64,000 nucleotides of DNA from positions 870,939-934,938 of the forward strand of contig OZ220497.1 of assembly GCA_965116245.1 (NCBI GenBank), in the 5' to 3' direction. Made by a program: the position numbers and the translations under genes. How positions within the stretch are numbered: position 1 is the first letter of the stretch; each line of letters starts with the position of its first letter. The notes below the pieces were generated by a model. That model made no database searches, was not told the DNA's origin, and saw only the letters and a list, made by a program, of their open reading frames with translations. The DNA is from Acidimicrobiales bacterium (lineage in GTDB: Bacteria; Actinomycetota; Acidimicrobiia; Acidimicrobiales; Poriferisodalaceae). This document shows positions 46,935-55,183 of this stretch, one piece after another.

Positions 46935-47318
46935 ATGACCAAGACCCCCATGGCACCTCCACAGTCACTTCGGCCCGGTCGGCCAAAGAAAGCACAACTC
47001 ACCTTGTTTGATATCCCCGAGTTTGATGTCCCTGCATCGCTTGAGGGCCCCCGTTACGCAAAGAGCCCAAGCTCGCCTAACGTCACTAGTCCAAAGTTTG
47101 AGGGGCCAAAGTTTGAGGGGCCACAGTTCGAAGCCGTACGGGCTCGGAGGCACCGCTCCCTGGCACGGCTAGCCAAGCGCCGCTACCTCGCAGATTCCGA
47201 GAGCTATTTGCGTATTGAGCAGGTCCGCAGTTCCCTTCGCCTCGTCATCAGCCAAACGGGCCAAGTTGACACAGGGCAACTCGGCACGGAACGACGCGGT
47301 ACGGGGCAAGCCGACTAA
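46935..47318 (+). CDS. hypothetical basic protein with in-frame repeat
   Basis: No family recognised. Contains SPKFEGPKFEGPQFE. Confidence 0.4.
   Translation: MTKTPMAPPQSLRPGRPKKAQLTLFDIPEFDVPASLEGPRYAKSPSSPNVTSPKFEGPKFEGPQFEAVRARRHRSLARLAKRRYLADSESYLRIEQVRSSLRLVISQTGQVDTGQLGTERRGTGQAD
47091..47135. repeat. in-frame tandem 15-nt units x3 (ccaaagtttgagggg)
   Basis: Read directly. Confidence 0.9.
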
Positions 47319-48376
47319 TCCGATTCGAGCAGGGACAGCGCCACGCTCAACTGCTCCTCGGTGCCCAGCACAACCAGTAGATCGTGTTCGGCTAGCTGCT
47401 GATCACCACTCGGGTTGGCGAGCCAACGCCCCTCACGCCGGATCGCCAACGTCTCACAACCGGCGCGCTGAGCTAACTCAAGCTGCGACAACCGCTTGCC
47501 TACGGAGTGGTCTCCGTGCGCTATGTGGTGTTCAAGCAGGCGCACGTCCTGGTCTGTGCGCCCAATGACCTCCTCCAGATAGTCAGACACACCTGGGCGC
47601 AGCGCGATGGCCGCCATGCGTGATCCTCCAAGCTGGTGCGGGTTGATGACTCGATCCGCGCCCGCTCGGTGCAGCTTCGGTACCGCGTTCGCAGAGTTCG
47701 CGCGGGCCACGATGAACAACCCCTCACAGAGAGAGCGGGCACTCAGCGCCACATAGAGATTGTCGACATCTGAGTCAAGCGCCAACACCATCGTGGTCGC
47801 TCGCTCAATGCCAGCATCACGCAGGATGCGATCATCGGTGGCGTCACCACTCACGTGACGCACCCCGGCGGCCTCAATGTCGGGGTCACGATCGATAATG
47901 ACGACGTCAATGCCCTCGTCAATCATCACCGAGGCAATGGCTCGACCGACCTGGCCATAGCCGCAGATGATCGAATGGCCACTGATTTGGTCGATGTCAC
48001 GCTGCATGCGTCGCCTCCGCAGTTGGTCGTCGAGCCGCCCCTCCAGCAACATCTCGAAGACAACACCAATCATGTACAGCGAGGTGCCGGTTCCTAACAG
48101 GATGAGGAGGATCGTGAAGAGCTGGTACCGACGGCCGACATCTTCCGGATCGCCAAAGCCGACCGTCGAAATAGTTATAACCGTCTGGTACAACGCATCG
48201 AGCGGTCGCAAGCCGAGCATCACATAGCCGGTCGTGCCAGTTGCCAAAATGACGGTCAGAACAATGAGACTCCCGATCAGTCGTTCGCTGGGTTCGAGGC
48301 GGCCGACTAACAGGCGGCGTCTGGGGACAGAGCGTGGCCGTCGCCTGAAGCGACTCCGGTCCCGCGCCACAGCCAT
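47315..48376 (-). CDS. potassium channel with RCK (TrkA-N/TrkA-C) domains
   Basis: Has the TVGFGD selectivity filter and a GYGQVG Rossmann motif. Confidence 0.85.
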   Translation of the reverse strand: MAVARDRSRFRRRPRSVPRRRLLVGRLEPSERLIGSLIVLTVILATGTTGYVMLGLRPLDALYQTVITISTVGFGDPEDVGRRYQLFTILLILLGTGTSLYMIGVVFEMLLEGRLDDQLRRRRMQRDIDQISGHSIICGYGQVGRAIASVMIDEGIDVVIIDRDPDIEAAGVRHVSGDATDDRILRDAGIERATTMVLALDSDVDNLYVALSARSLCEGLFIVARANSANAVPKLHRAGADRVINPHQLGGSRMAAIALRPGVSDYLEEVIGRTDQDVRLLEHHIAHGDHSVGKRLSQLELAQRAGCETLAIRREGRWLANPSGDQQLAEHDLLVVLGTEEQLSVALSLLESD

Positions 48377-48419
48377 CGTTTGAACGCTATTGCCGCCAAC
48401 AGCCGCGGGCGTGCCTACG

Positions 48420-49019
48420 ATGCAGCCCGTGATGGTTTGGATGGATCTGGAGATGACTGGGCTTGATCACCGACGTCATCGCATTGTGGAGATAGCCACA
48501 GTTATCACCGACGACGCACTTGAGGTCATCGCCACCGGTCCGTGCATGGTCATTGGAGCTGCGCAGGCCGATCTGGACGCAATGGAGCCTGTAGTTCGTG
48601 AGATGCACACCAAGAGTGGGCTGCTCAACGAGATTCAGGCATCGCAAATCACCGTCGCGGAGGCCGCTGAACGCACGCTTGAATTCGTGAAAACACACGT
48701 TCCAGAGCCACATAAGGTGCCGCTGTGCGGCAACACCATCGGAATGGACCGTCGATTCTTGGATCAGTACATGCCGGAACTCGAAAACTACCTTCACTAT
48801 CGAGTAATTGACGTGTCAACAATCAAAGAGCTGGCCAAGCGCTGGCTGCCGGAGTTAGCTGAGGCCTCGTCTGACGCAAAAAAAAGCCGTGTTGCCAGCA
48901 CCAAGCACCGAGCCTTGGACGACGTGCTTGAGAGCATCGAAGAACTGCGCTTGTATCACGAACACTGGCTCACACCGGGCGCTACCGAAATCCACCGCAA
49001 CAAATCGAACACTGATTAG
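48420..49019 (+). CDS. orn: oligoribonuclease
   Basis: Contains VWMDLEMTGLD...CGNTIGMDRRFL...HRALDD (DEDDh). Confidence 0.9.
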   Translation: MQPVMVWMDLEMTGLDHRRHRIVEIATVITDDALEVIATGPCMVIGAAQADLDAMEPVVREMHTKSGLLNEIQASQITVAEAAERTLEFVKTHVPEPHKVPLCGNTIGMDRRFLDQYMPELENYLHYRVIDVSTIKELAKRWLPELAEASSDAKKSRVASTKHRALDDVLESIEELRLYHEHWLTPGATEIHRNKSNTD

Positions 49020-49062
49020 AAGACTCGGGAGTGGGCTCGATTAGCTGGCTAGCCTGCGTCGC

Positions 49063-50151
49063 ATGTCACGCCCGACTCGCGAGGAGCAGCTACCGCCCGA
49101 TGGCAAGGTAGCTGAGCTGGCGCCCGACGTGCGCAGACTGCAACTGCCAATGTCAATGCCCGGTTTGGGGCACGTGAACTGCTACATCCTCGACGACGAC
49201 CGCGGTGCTGCGTTGGTAGATCCCGGATTGCCGGGTCCAGCCAACTGGAAGGCACTCATGGCTGGTCTTGACCAAGCCGAGTTGCCACCCGAGCGGGTCC
49301 ACTCAATCATTGTCACCCACAGCCACCCCGACCACTTCGGTGCAGCGGGCCGCTTCGCGCGTGAGTTTGGCGCCGACCTAGTGACCCATCGCAGATTTCG
49401 ACTGTGGTGGGACACGGCCGACGAAGACGAGGAAGCGCTTGAACCGGTAGCGGCCGATGGCGAGAACAACGAACTCGTCGCCGACCCTGTGTACAGCGGA
49501 CGCGACACCGGCCCGAGCGGACCGACGCCATGGGGCGGCCAGCGTTACAAGATGCCGGTCAGAGCCAAGCTGGGCTACATGGCGATGCGTAAGGGCTGGG
49601 GCGGCCGCTGGTTTGCTACGCCGCACCCCACCCACCGCGTGGAGGATGCAGACCGAATCAAACTCGCGCGTCGCGAATTTGTAGCAGTCCACACTCCGGG
49701 TCACACCATTGACCATCTCTGCCTGTTCGATCCCGAGAGCGGCTTGATGATCTGCGGCGACCATGTGTTGCCCACAATCACCCCTCACATATCGGGCATC
49801 ACCTCGGCGCGCGATCCACTAAAGGACTTCTTCTCGAGTCTGGATCGGGTCGCCAGCTTTGAGGGTGTCAGCCTGGGCTTGCCAGCCCACGGTCAGCCCT
49901 TCACAGACCTGGCGGGACGAGTGGAGGACATCAAACGTCACCATGTGGAGCGACTGGACCTGCTGCGCTCCTCATCTGACCGCCTCGGCCGTGCATCTGT
50001 GCAGGACTACATGAAGCAACTGTTCAAGGAGCGCTCATGGGGCCCAATGGCCGAGTCGGAGACATTCGCTCACCTAGAACATCTGCGCTACACAGGCGAA
50101 GTCAACGTCTCCAGACGGCCCGACGATGTCCTGGAGTACGAGTTCAAGTGA
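49063..50151 (+). CDS. MBL-fold metallo-hydrolase
   Basis: Contains VNCYILDDDRGAALVDPG and THSHPDHFG. Confidence 0.85.
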   Translation: MSRPTREEQLPPDGKVAELAPDVRRLQLPMSMPGLGHVNCYILDDDRGAALVDPGLPGPANWKALMAGLDQAELPPERVHSIIVTHSHPDHFGAAGRFAREFGADLVTHRRFRLWWDTADEDEEALEPVAADGENNELVADPVYSGRDTGPSGPTPWGGQRYKMPVRAKLGYMAMRKGWGGRWFATPHPTHRVEDADRIKLARREFVAVHTPGHTIDHLCLFDPESGLMICGDHVLPTITPHISGITSARDPLKDFFSSLDRVASFEGVSLGLPAHGQPFTDLAGRVEDIKRHHVERLDLLRSSSDRLGRASVQDYMKQLFKERSWGPMAESETFAHLEHLRYTGEVNVSRRPDDVLEYEFK

Positions 50152-50586
50152 CCACACCCCAACTACACAGCCTCATCTAGAGCAAGCCACCGCTGTACAG
50201 AGCGACCAAAATAACTTGACGCAATCCGACCTGACGTGCTGCTATCAGCACCGCAGCGGCTTATCGTCGGGTATCCGCAGCAGGCCATCGAACCCGACCT
50301 TTCGCCTAATGGGATCATCGATGTCCAACATTGGCGCCGTTACCGAAGCGCGTGTCTGGCGACGATGTGCACAGGTGCCCGCGAAGCAGGATCGGCTCTG
50401 ACAGCCGATAACGCGCACACAGCTTCCAGCACGGCCATCGACATACCCACAAGGGCTGACCTCATGCAGGTCAGGTTCACACAGGCGATGAGCGGTCCAG
50501 CGGCTATCGGTCGAAAGCCGCCAACCGCCACCGCTTGCGGCCCTCGGAATATCTGATGTAGTCCACAGAAGCACCAGATTTCTCCG

Positions 50587-50623
50587 AACGGCCGCTGGGA
50601 CCCCTAGCGGTCGTTTTGCGTTT
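50587..50623 (+). terminator. intrinsic-terminator-like hairpin inside the whiB7 leader (candidate attenuator)
   Basis: A 10-bp stem aacggccgct/agcggtcgtt (one G-U pair), a 9-nt loop, then ttgcgttt. Confidence 0.45.
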
Positions 50624-50754
50624 CCAGAACGCCGCCGATGCCACAGGGCTGCGTAGTCCATAGCTGCTGAATTTCGCGGCTGTGTGTTCCAGCCGTTGTG
50701 AACAACCCCTTTGCAATCGACACAGCGTCGTGAACACGACGCAGGAGGCAGCTC

Positions 50755-51099
50755 ATGTTGGAAACTTTTATCGAAAACACCGACAACGCCGATAAGGAGG
50801 ACTGGCGCACGCAGGGCCGCTGCCGCGATCTCGCAGGCACGCTCACCCCTCTGTTTTTTTCAGAGCACTTCTATGAGATTGCTCGTGCCAAGGCCATCTG
50901 CTCGTTGTGCCCGGTGATGAACGACTGTCTTGCGGCCGCGCAGGCACGGCGTGAACCATGGGGTGTGTGGGGCGGGGAGCTGTTTGAGAACGGCCACATC
51001 TGCAGAAACAAGCGTCCGCGCGGACGGCCTCCCAAGCGACCTCGGCCACCGCTCGTCATTGAGGAGGTGCCGCTGCCTCCCGACTTGGTGCGCGCCTGA
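50755..51099 (+). CDS. whiB7: WhiB7-type (WblC) Fe-S transcriptional activator with C-terminal AT-hook
   Basis: Has four Cys residues. EPWGVWGGELFENGHICRNKRPRGRPPKRPRPP closely parallels M. tuberculosis WhiB7 EPWGVWGGEIF...KRPRGRPRK. Confidence 0.85.
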   Translation: MLETFIENTDNADKEDWRTQGRCRDLAGTLTPLFFSEHFYEIARAKAICSLCPVMNDCLAAAQARREPWGVWGGELFENGHICRNKRPRGRPPKRPRPPLVIEEVPLPPDLVRA

Positions 51100-51176
51100 G
51101 ACTCCCCGCCTCAGGCGGGCCCGTGGGCCTGCCAGCTAACAACCGCAGGCACCGGCGGCGATTCTGCCCCTCCCGA

Positions 51177-51205
51177 ACCTGCCCCCCCCCCCCCCCCAGG
51201 CAGGT
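51177..51205. repeat. C16 homopolymer (51182..51197) inside a 7-bp inverted repeat acctgcc/ggcaggt
   Basis: Counted directly. Confidence 0.85.
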
Positions 51206-51347
51206 GTGTGCCGACGGTCTGTCCCGGAGGTCTGAGGCTGCCCGAAACGGGCGGCTGACAGCCCCAGGGCAGGCCGTCAAGACAGGTCACAAACTGTCGA
51301 GTAGCCCTAAACAGTCATCTGGGAGACCGCAGTAGCCTCACTTTCGC

Positions 51348-52091
51348 ATGAGAAATGCGTCGAGTTCACGCTTGCGAGCGCGGCTGGCGGGTTGGCGAGG
51401 CTGGCTGTTTGCACTGTTAGGCCTCTATGCGCTCGGTGCCGCGGCATTCTTGATAGCGGAGGGCCTAATCGCGGACGACAGTCCCGCGGCAAACGCCTCG
51501 GCGACCCAGGCGCCAACCGAGCTAGCCGACGTAGCAAGCGGCCAGCCGAACACGGGGGCCCAGCCGAACACTGAGATCCAGTCGAACACAGGAGCATCGT
51601 CTGCCACCAGAGTGGATGAGCAAGCCGCCACAGCGACCGCGTGCAACGACGTTGACCCCGCCGCTCACAGCGTCGACCCAAGCCTCAACGGGGTGCATGG
51701 CCTAGGTTTCGTGACGCTCGACGAGCAACCCGCTGGCTTCTCCGGCTATGACGGATGTCCGCTCATCGTGAACTTCTTCGCTTCCTGGTGCGTACCTTGC
51801 GTGACCGAAATGCCCGACTTCGAGCGTTTTTGGCAATCTCACGGAGCGAACATTGCGGTACTGGGCCTAGCCGCCAATGATCGACTCTCTGATGCGATAG
51901 CAACAGTGGAAGAACGCGGTGTGAGCTACCCCACCGGTCTCGACGAAGGCGAGCTGTTTATTGACTTTGGCGGTCTCGGCATGCCCACAACAGTCTTCGT
52001 CTCCCGGCAGGGCGAAATACTGGAAACCCACAGCGGACTGCTCACCCTTGACAACATCACCGACCGGGCACGTAAGCACTTCGGCCTATGA
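51348..52091 (+). CDS. TlpA/ResA-like thiol:disulfide oxidoreductase (membrane-anchored thioredoxin fold)
   Basis: Has a WCVPC active site and an N-terminal TM helix. Contains the in-frame 18-nt repeat GQPNTGAQPNTEIQSNTGA. Confidence 0.85.
   Translation: MRNASSSRLRARLAGWRGWLFALLGLYALGAAAFLIAEGLIADDSPAANASATQAPTELADVASGQPNTGAQPNTEIQSNTGASSATRVDEQAATATACNDVDPAAHSVDPSLNGVHGLGFVTLDEQPAGFSGYDGCPLIVNFFASWCVPCVTEMPDFERFWQSHGANIAVLGLAANDRLSDAIATVEERGVSYPTGLDEGELFIDFGGLGMPTTVFVSRQGEILETHSGLLTLDNITDRARKHFGL
51541..51594. repeat. in-frame tandem 18-nt units x3
   Basis: gccagccgaacacggggg / cccagccgaacactgaga / tccagtcgaacacaggag. Confidence 0.85.
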
Positions 52092-52097
52092 ACGAAC

Positions 52098-52187
52098 GCC
52101 GTAAGAACCAACACCGTATGAGCCAAGACCGTATGGGCCAAGACCGTATGAGCCAGAACTGCATGAGCCAGAACCGTAGAAGACCGC
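52098..52187. repeat. intergenic tandem 15-nt units x6 (accgtatgagccaag)
   Basis: Read directly. It fills most of the tlpA-ccdA spacer. Confidence 0.9.
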
Positions 52188-52221
52188 GCCGATCGGGGCA
52201 GCGAGCTGCCAGGCTTTCGCC

Positions 52222-53172
52222 GTGAACAGTGCGCGTCTCAGCTTCGCCTTTACCGCTGGCATCGTGGCCACGGTCAACCCGTGCGGATTCGCGATGCTGC
52301 CTGCCTACCTCTCGTTTTTCATGGGGATCGACCGACGCGCTCACGAAGGCAGCGCCCGAGCTGGCGTCGGGCGCGCGCTGGCCACCGGAGCCGTCGTTAC
52401 GGCTGGCATCGTTGTGGTGTTTGGCATCGTCGGCATCGCATTGTCAGCCGGATTGAGTGCGCTGCGCGACTACGTACCCTGGACGGCCATTGTTATCGGG
52501 GCGAGTCTGGTCGCGCTGGGCGTCTCAATGTTGGCTGGCTTCCGCTTCACGGCTTTCTTGCCTAAGTTTGAGCGCGGGCCAAGCGGTCGCGACGTTCGTT
52601 CGCTGTTTCTGTTTGGCGTGAGTTACGCGGTGGCCTCCGTCTCGTGCGGGCTCGCCACCTTCCTTGTCGTGGTCACAGCCTCGGCGGGCAACGACAGCGT
52701 TGCCGCCAACATCGTGTCGTTCGTGCTGTATGCACTGGGCATGGGCATGGTGCTGACCTCACTGGCGGTAAGCCTGGCTCTTGCGCGTAGCTGGCTGCTG
52801 GGCAAGTTGCGGACGCTTATGCGTCACACCGACACCATTGCCGCTGTCTTGTTGATCGCAGCGGGCTTTTTCACCATGTGGTACTGGATCGTGGACCTCA
52901 CTGGCCGCGGCGGTGACGGCCTTGTGGTGACCGTTGAGAGCTGGAGCAGTGGCTTGAGTAACTGGGTGGCCACCGTGGGCGGCTGGCGCCTGGGGGTCAT
53001 CATGAGCATCGTTCTAGCCATCGGTGGCATGGCGATGCTGGCGACAAGGCGGCCGCCCACGACGCAGCTCCCCGCAATGTCCGCTAATCACAGCGAAGAC
53101 AGAACCTCAAAGCCATCAACTCCAGCAATGCCAGACGACCAAGCAGACAGCGCCGTGCGGGTGCTGGACTGA
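52222..53172 (+). CDS. ccdA: cytochrome c biogenesis protein CcdA (DsbD-like thiol transporter)
   Basis: Contains FTAGIVATVNPCGFAMLPAYLSFF and a second Cys helix (SCGLATFLV). Confidence 0.9.
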   Translation: MNSARLSFAFTAGIVATVNPCGFAMLPAYLSFFMGIDRRAHEGSARAGVGRALATGAVVTAGIVVVFGIVGIALSAGLSALRDYVPWTAIVIGASLVALGVSMLAGFRFTAFLPKFERGPSGRDVRSLFLFGVSYAVASVSCGLATFLVVVTASAGNDSVAANIVSFVLYALGMGMVLTSLAVSLALARSWLLGKLRTLMRHTDTIAAVLLIAAGFFTMWYWIVDLTGRGGDGLVVTVESWSSGLSNWVATVGGWRLGVIMSIVLAIGGMAMLATRRPPTTQLPAMSANHSEDRTSKPSTPAMPDDQADSAVRVLD

Positions 53173-53178
53173 CCACCT

Positions 53179-53871
53179 GTGGCACTGCACCTCAAGGACC
53201 CCTCACTGCTTGACGCCAAGCGTCCCTTCGCTGAGCTACTGAAACGGCCCGGCGTGAGCGAGTTCCTGCGGCTGCGCTCACGTTTCGGCTTCATGGCCTT
53301 TCACGGTGGCTGGCTGGAGGAAGTGACCGACGACATCGCCATCACCGCGGCTCAGCGCAGCGGTGCTTCTGTGTATGCCTGCCTGCAGGGCCCCGACGAT
53401 CAGTGGCATCTGCCGAGCCACTGCTTCGACCCGCAGGACTCACCGGTGCTGCGTCAGTTTCTGGACCACGTGGATGTGGTAGTCGCGGTTCACGGCTTTG
53501 GCAGCCCACGGCTGTTGCGGGCCGTGCTGCTAGGGGGCGCCAACCGCACGCTAGCGACGCACGTAGCTGTGCATCTGATCAAACGGCTGCCACACTATGA
53601 GGTGCTTCATCGGCTAGATGAGGTTCCAAAGTCACTGGCCGGGCAGCACCCGCGCAATCCGTGCAATCTGCCACGCATGGGCGGCGTTCAGATTGAACTG
53701 CCCCCGCGCATTCGCGGCAAGAGTCCGATGTGGACAGGATTCGTTGGCCCCGGCCGCGTCCCTCACCACGAAGCGCTCATAAAAGGTCTGGCAGCAGCGG
53801 CTCGAGCCTGGCCGTCCGAACCATCCGCGTCTTCTGGGGCGCCGACTACTCAGGTGCGGGTATCTCGGTGA
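53179..53871 (+). CDS. poly-gamma-glutamate hydrolase-like (DUF867/UPF0714) family protein
   Basis: MAFHGGWLEEVTDDIA and VVAVHGF resemble the family HGG..E.GT..IA and ..HG motifs. The assignment is tentative. Confidence 0.5.
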   Translation: MALHLKDPSLLDAKRPFAELLKRPGVSEFLRLRSRFGFMAFHGGWLEEVTDDIAITAAQRSGASVYACLQGPDDQWHLPSHCFDPQDSPVLRQFLDHVDVVVAVHGFGSPRLLRAVLLGGANRTLATHVAVHLIKRLPHYEVLHRLDEVPKSLAGQHPRNPCNLPRMGGVQIELPPRIRGKSPMWTGFVGPGRVPHHEALIKGLAAAARAWPSEPSASSGAPTTQVRVSR

Positions 53872-55099
53872 AGTTCAGCCACCGATGCAATGCTGCGGGT
53901 ACCGCTATAGAGCCGTCGCGTCGTTGGTGATTCTCCATGATGAAGACCAGTGTGCGACCAATCGCGCAGGCCGTGCCGTTGAGCGTGTGAACCAGCCCGT
54001 GTCCGTCCTCGCTGAACCAACGCGTCCCGAGACGGCGGGCTGAGTAGTCCGTGTAGTTCGAGCACGAGGTGACCTCTCGGTAGGCCCGCTCCGAAGGCAG
54101 CCAAACCTCCAAGTCATACTTCTTAGCTGCGGCGGCCCCAAGATCGCCAGCGGCCACGTTTATGACCCGGTAGGGCAGATCTAACGAACCGACGATTTCC
54201 TCTTGAATATCGCGCAGCACCTCCAGTTCATCCCAGCTCGTGTTCGGATCACAGAACGAGAACATCTCCACCTTGTCGAACTGATGCACACGAAAGATGC
54301 CTCTCGTGTCCTTGCCATAGGTGCCCGCTTCGCGTCGGAAACACGATGAGAACCCCGCGTATCGCAGCGGCAGCGCTGCTTGCGCCAAGCGTTCACCTCG
54401 ATGAAGGCCCGCCAGCGCCACCTCCGATGTCCCAATCAGAAAAAGATCGTCGCCATCAATCTCGTAGACCTGGTGCCGGTCGGCGGGGAAAAACCCTGCC
54501 TCGATCATCATTTCCTCACGCACAAGCACCGGCGGAACAACCGGCACGAAGCCGTGTCGCTCCAGCAAATCCATCGTCCACTGCACTAAAGCAAACTCCA
54601 TACGCACAGCGGCGCCCAGGAGATACGAAAATCTTGCACCGCTGTTGCGAGCCCCGCTCTCGGCATCCACTAGACCGCTTCGCGCTGCTATCTCGGCATG
54701 ATCGTAAGCGGGCGGAGCGGCGCGCTCACCAACCTCGTGGAGCGTCTCAAAGTGCTCCGCGCCGCCCGCGGGCACATCAGTGGCAGCCGGGTTGGGAACC
54801 GCCAGCGCCAGTTCGCTGCGTCGCTCCGAAGCCCGCCGCTCGGCGCTCTCTAGGCGTTCCACCTCCTCTTTCAAGCGCGACGCTTCAGCGATCTTGACTG
54901 GACGTTCGTCGAGCGCTGCACGCCCGATCTCCCGAGAAGCGACATTTCGCGCGGCCCGCGCTTCCTCGGCCTGATGGGTCACAGTCCGCCACGCCTCATC
55001 GGCCGCTAGCACTTCGTCAATGAGCGTGACAGGGGCACCCTTGCGCAAGGCGCCATCGCGGTAAGCGACGTCGTCACGCAACCGGCGGATGTCAATCAC
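53846..55099 (-). CDS. serS: seryl-tRNA synthetase
   Basis: Contains VIDIRRLRDD, a coiled-coil arm and class II motifs (FRREAG, GTACA). GTG 55099 chosen as the start. Confidence 0.95.
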   Translation of the reverse strand: MIDIRRLRDDVAYRDGALRKGAPVTLIDEVLAADEAWRTVTHQAEEARAARNVASREIGRAALDERPVKIAEASRLKEEVERLESAERRASERRSELALAVPNPAATDVPAGGAEHFETLHEVGERAAPPAYDHAEIAARSGLVDAESGARNSGARFSYLLGAAVRMEFALVQWTMDLLERHGFVPVVPPVLVREEMMIEAGFFPADRHQVYEIDGDDLFLIGTSEVALAGLHRGERLAQAALPLRYAGFSSCFRREAGTYGKDTRGIFRVHQFDKVEMFSFCDPNTSWDELEVLRDIQEEIVGSLDLPYRVINVAAGDLGAAAAKKYDLEVWLPSERAYREVTSCSNYTDYSARRLGTRWFSEDGHGLVHTLNGTACAIGRTLVFIMENHQRRDGSIAVPAALHRWLNFTEIPAPE

Positions 55100-55183
55100 G
55101 CCGAGCGAAGCTACCGGAGCGGCCAGCATCCGAGCCGTGCATCAAGACTTGCGCAGCGAGGCGGGTCCCGCAAGCATGGTCGG

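Noticed and set aside
51182-51197. The C16 tract as a phase-variation switch of a coding gene.
   Set aside because: It is intergenic and no ORF reads through it. It is kept only as a structural or slippage curiosity, and it may be an assembly artefact.
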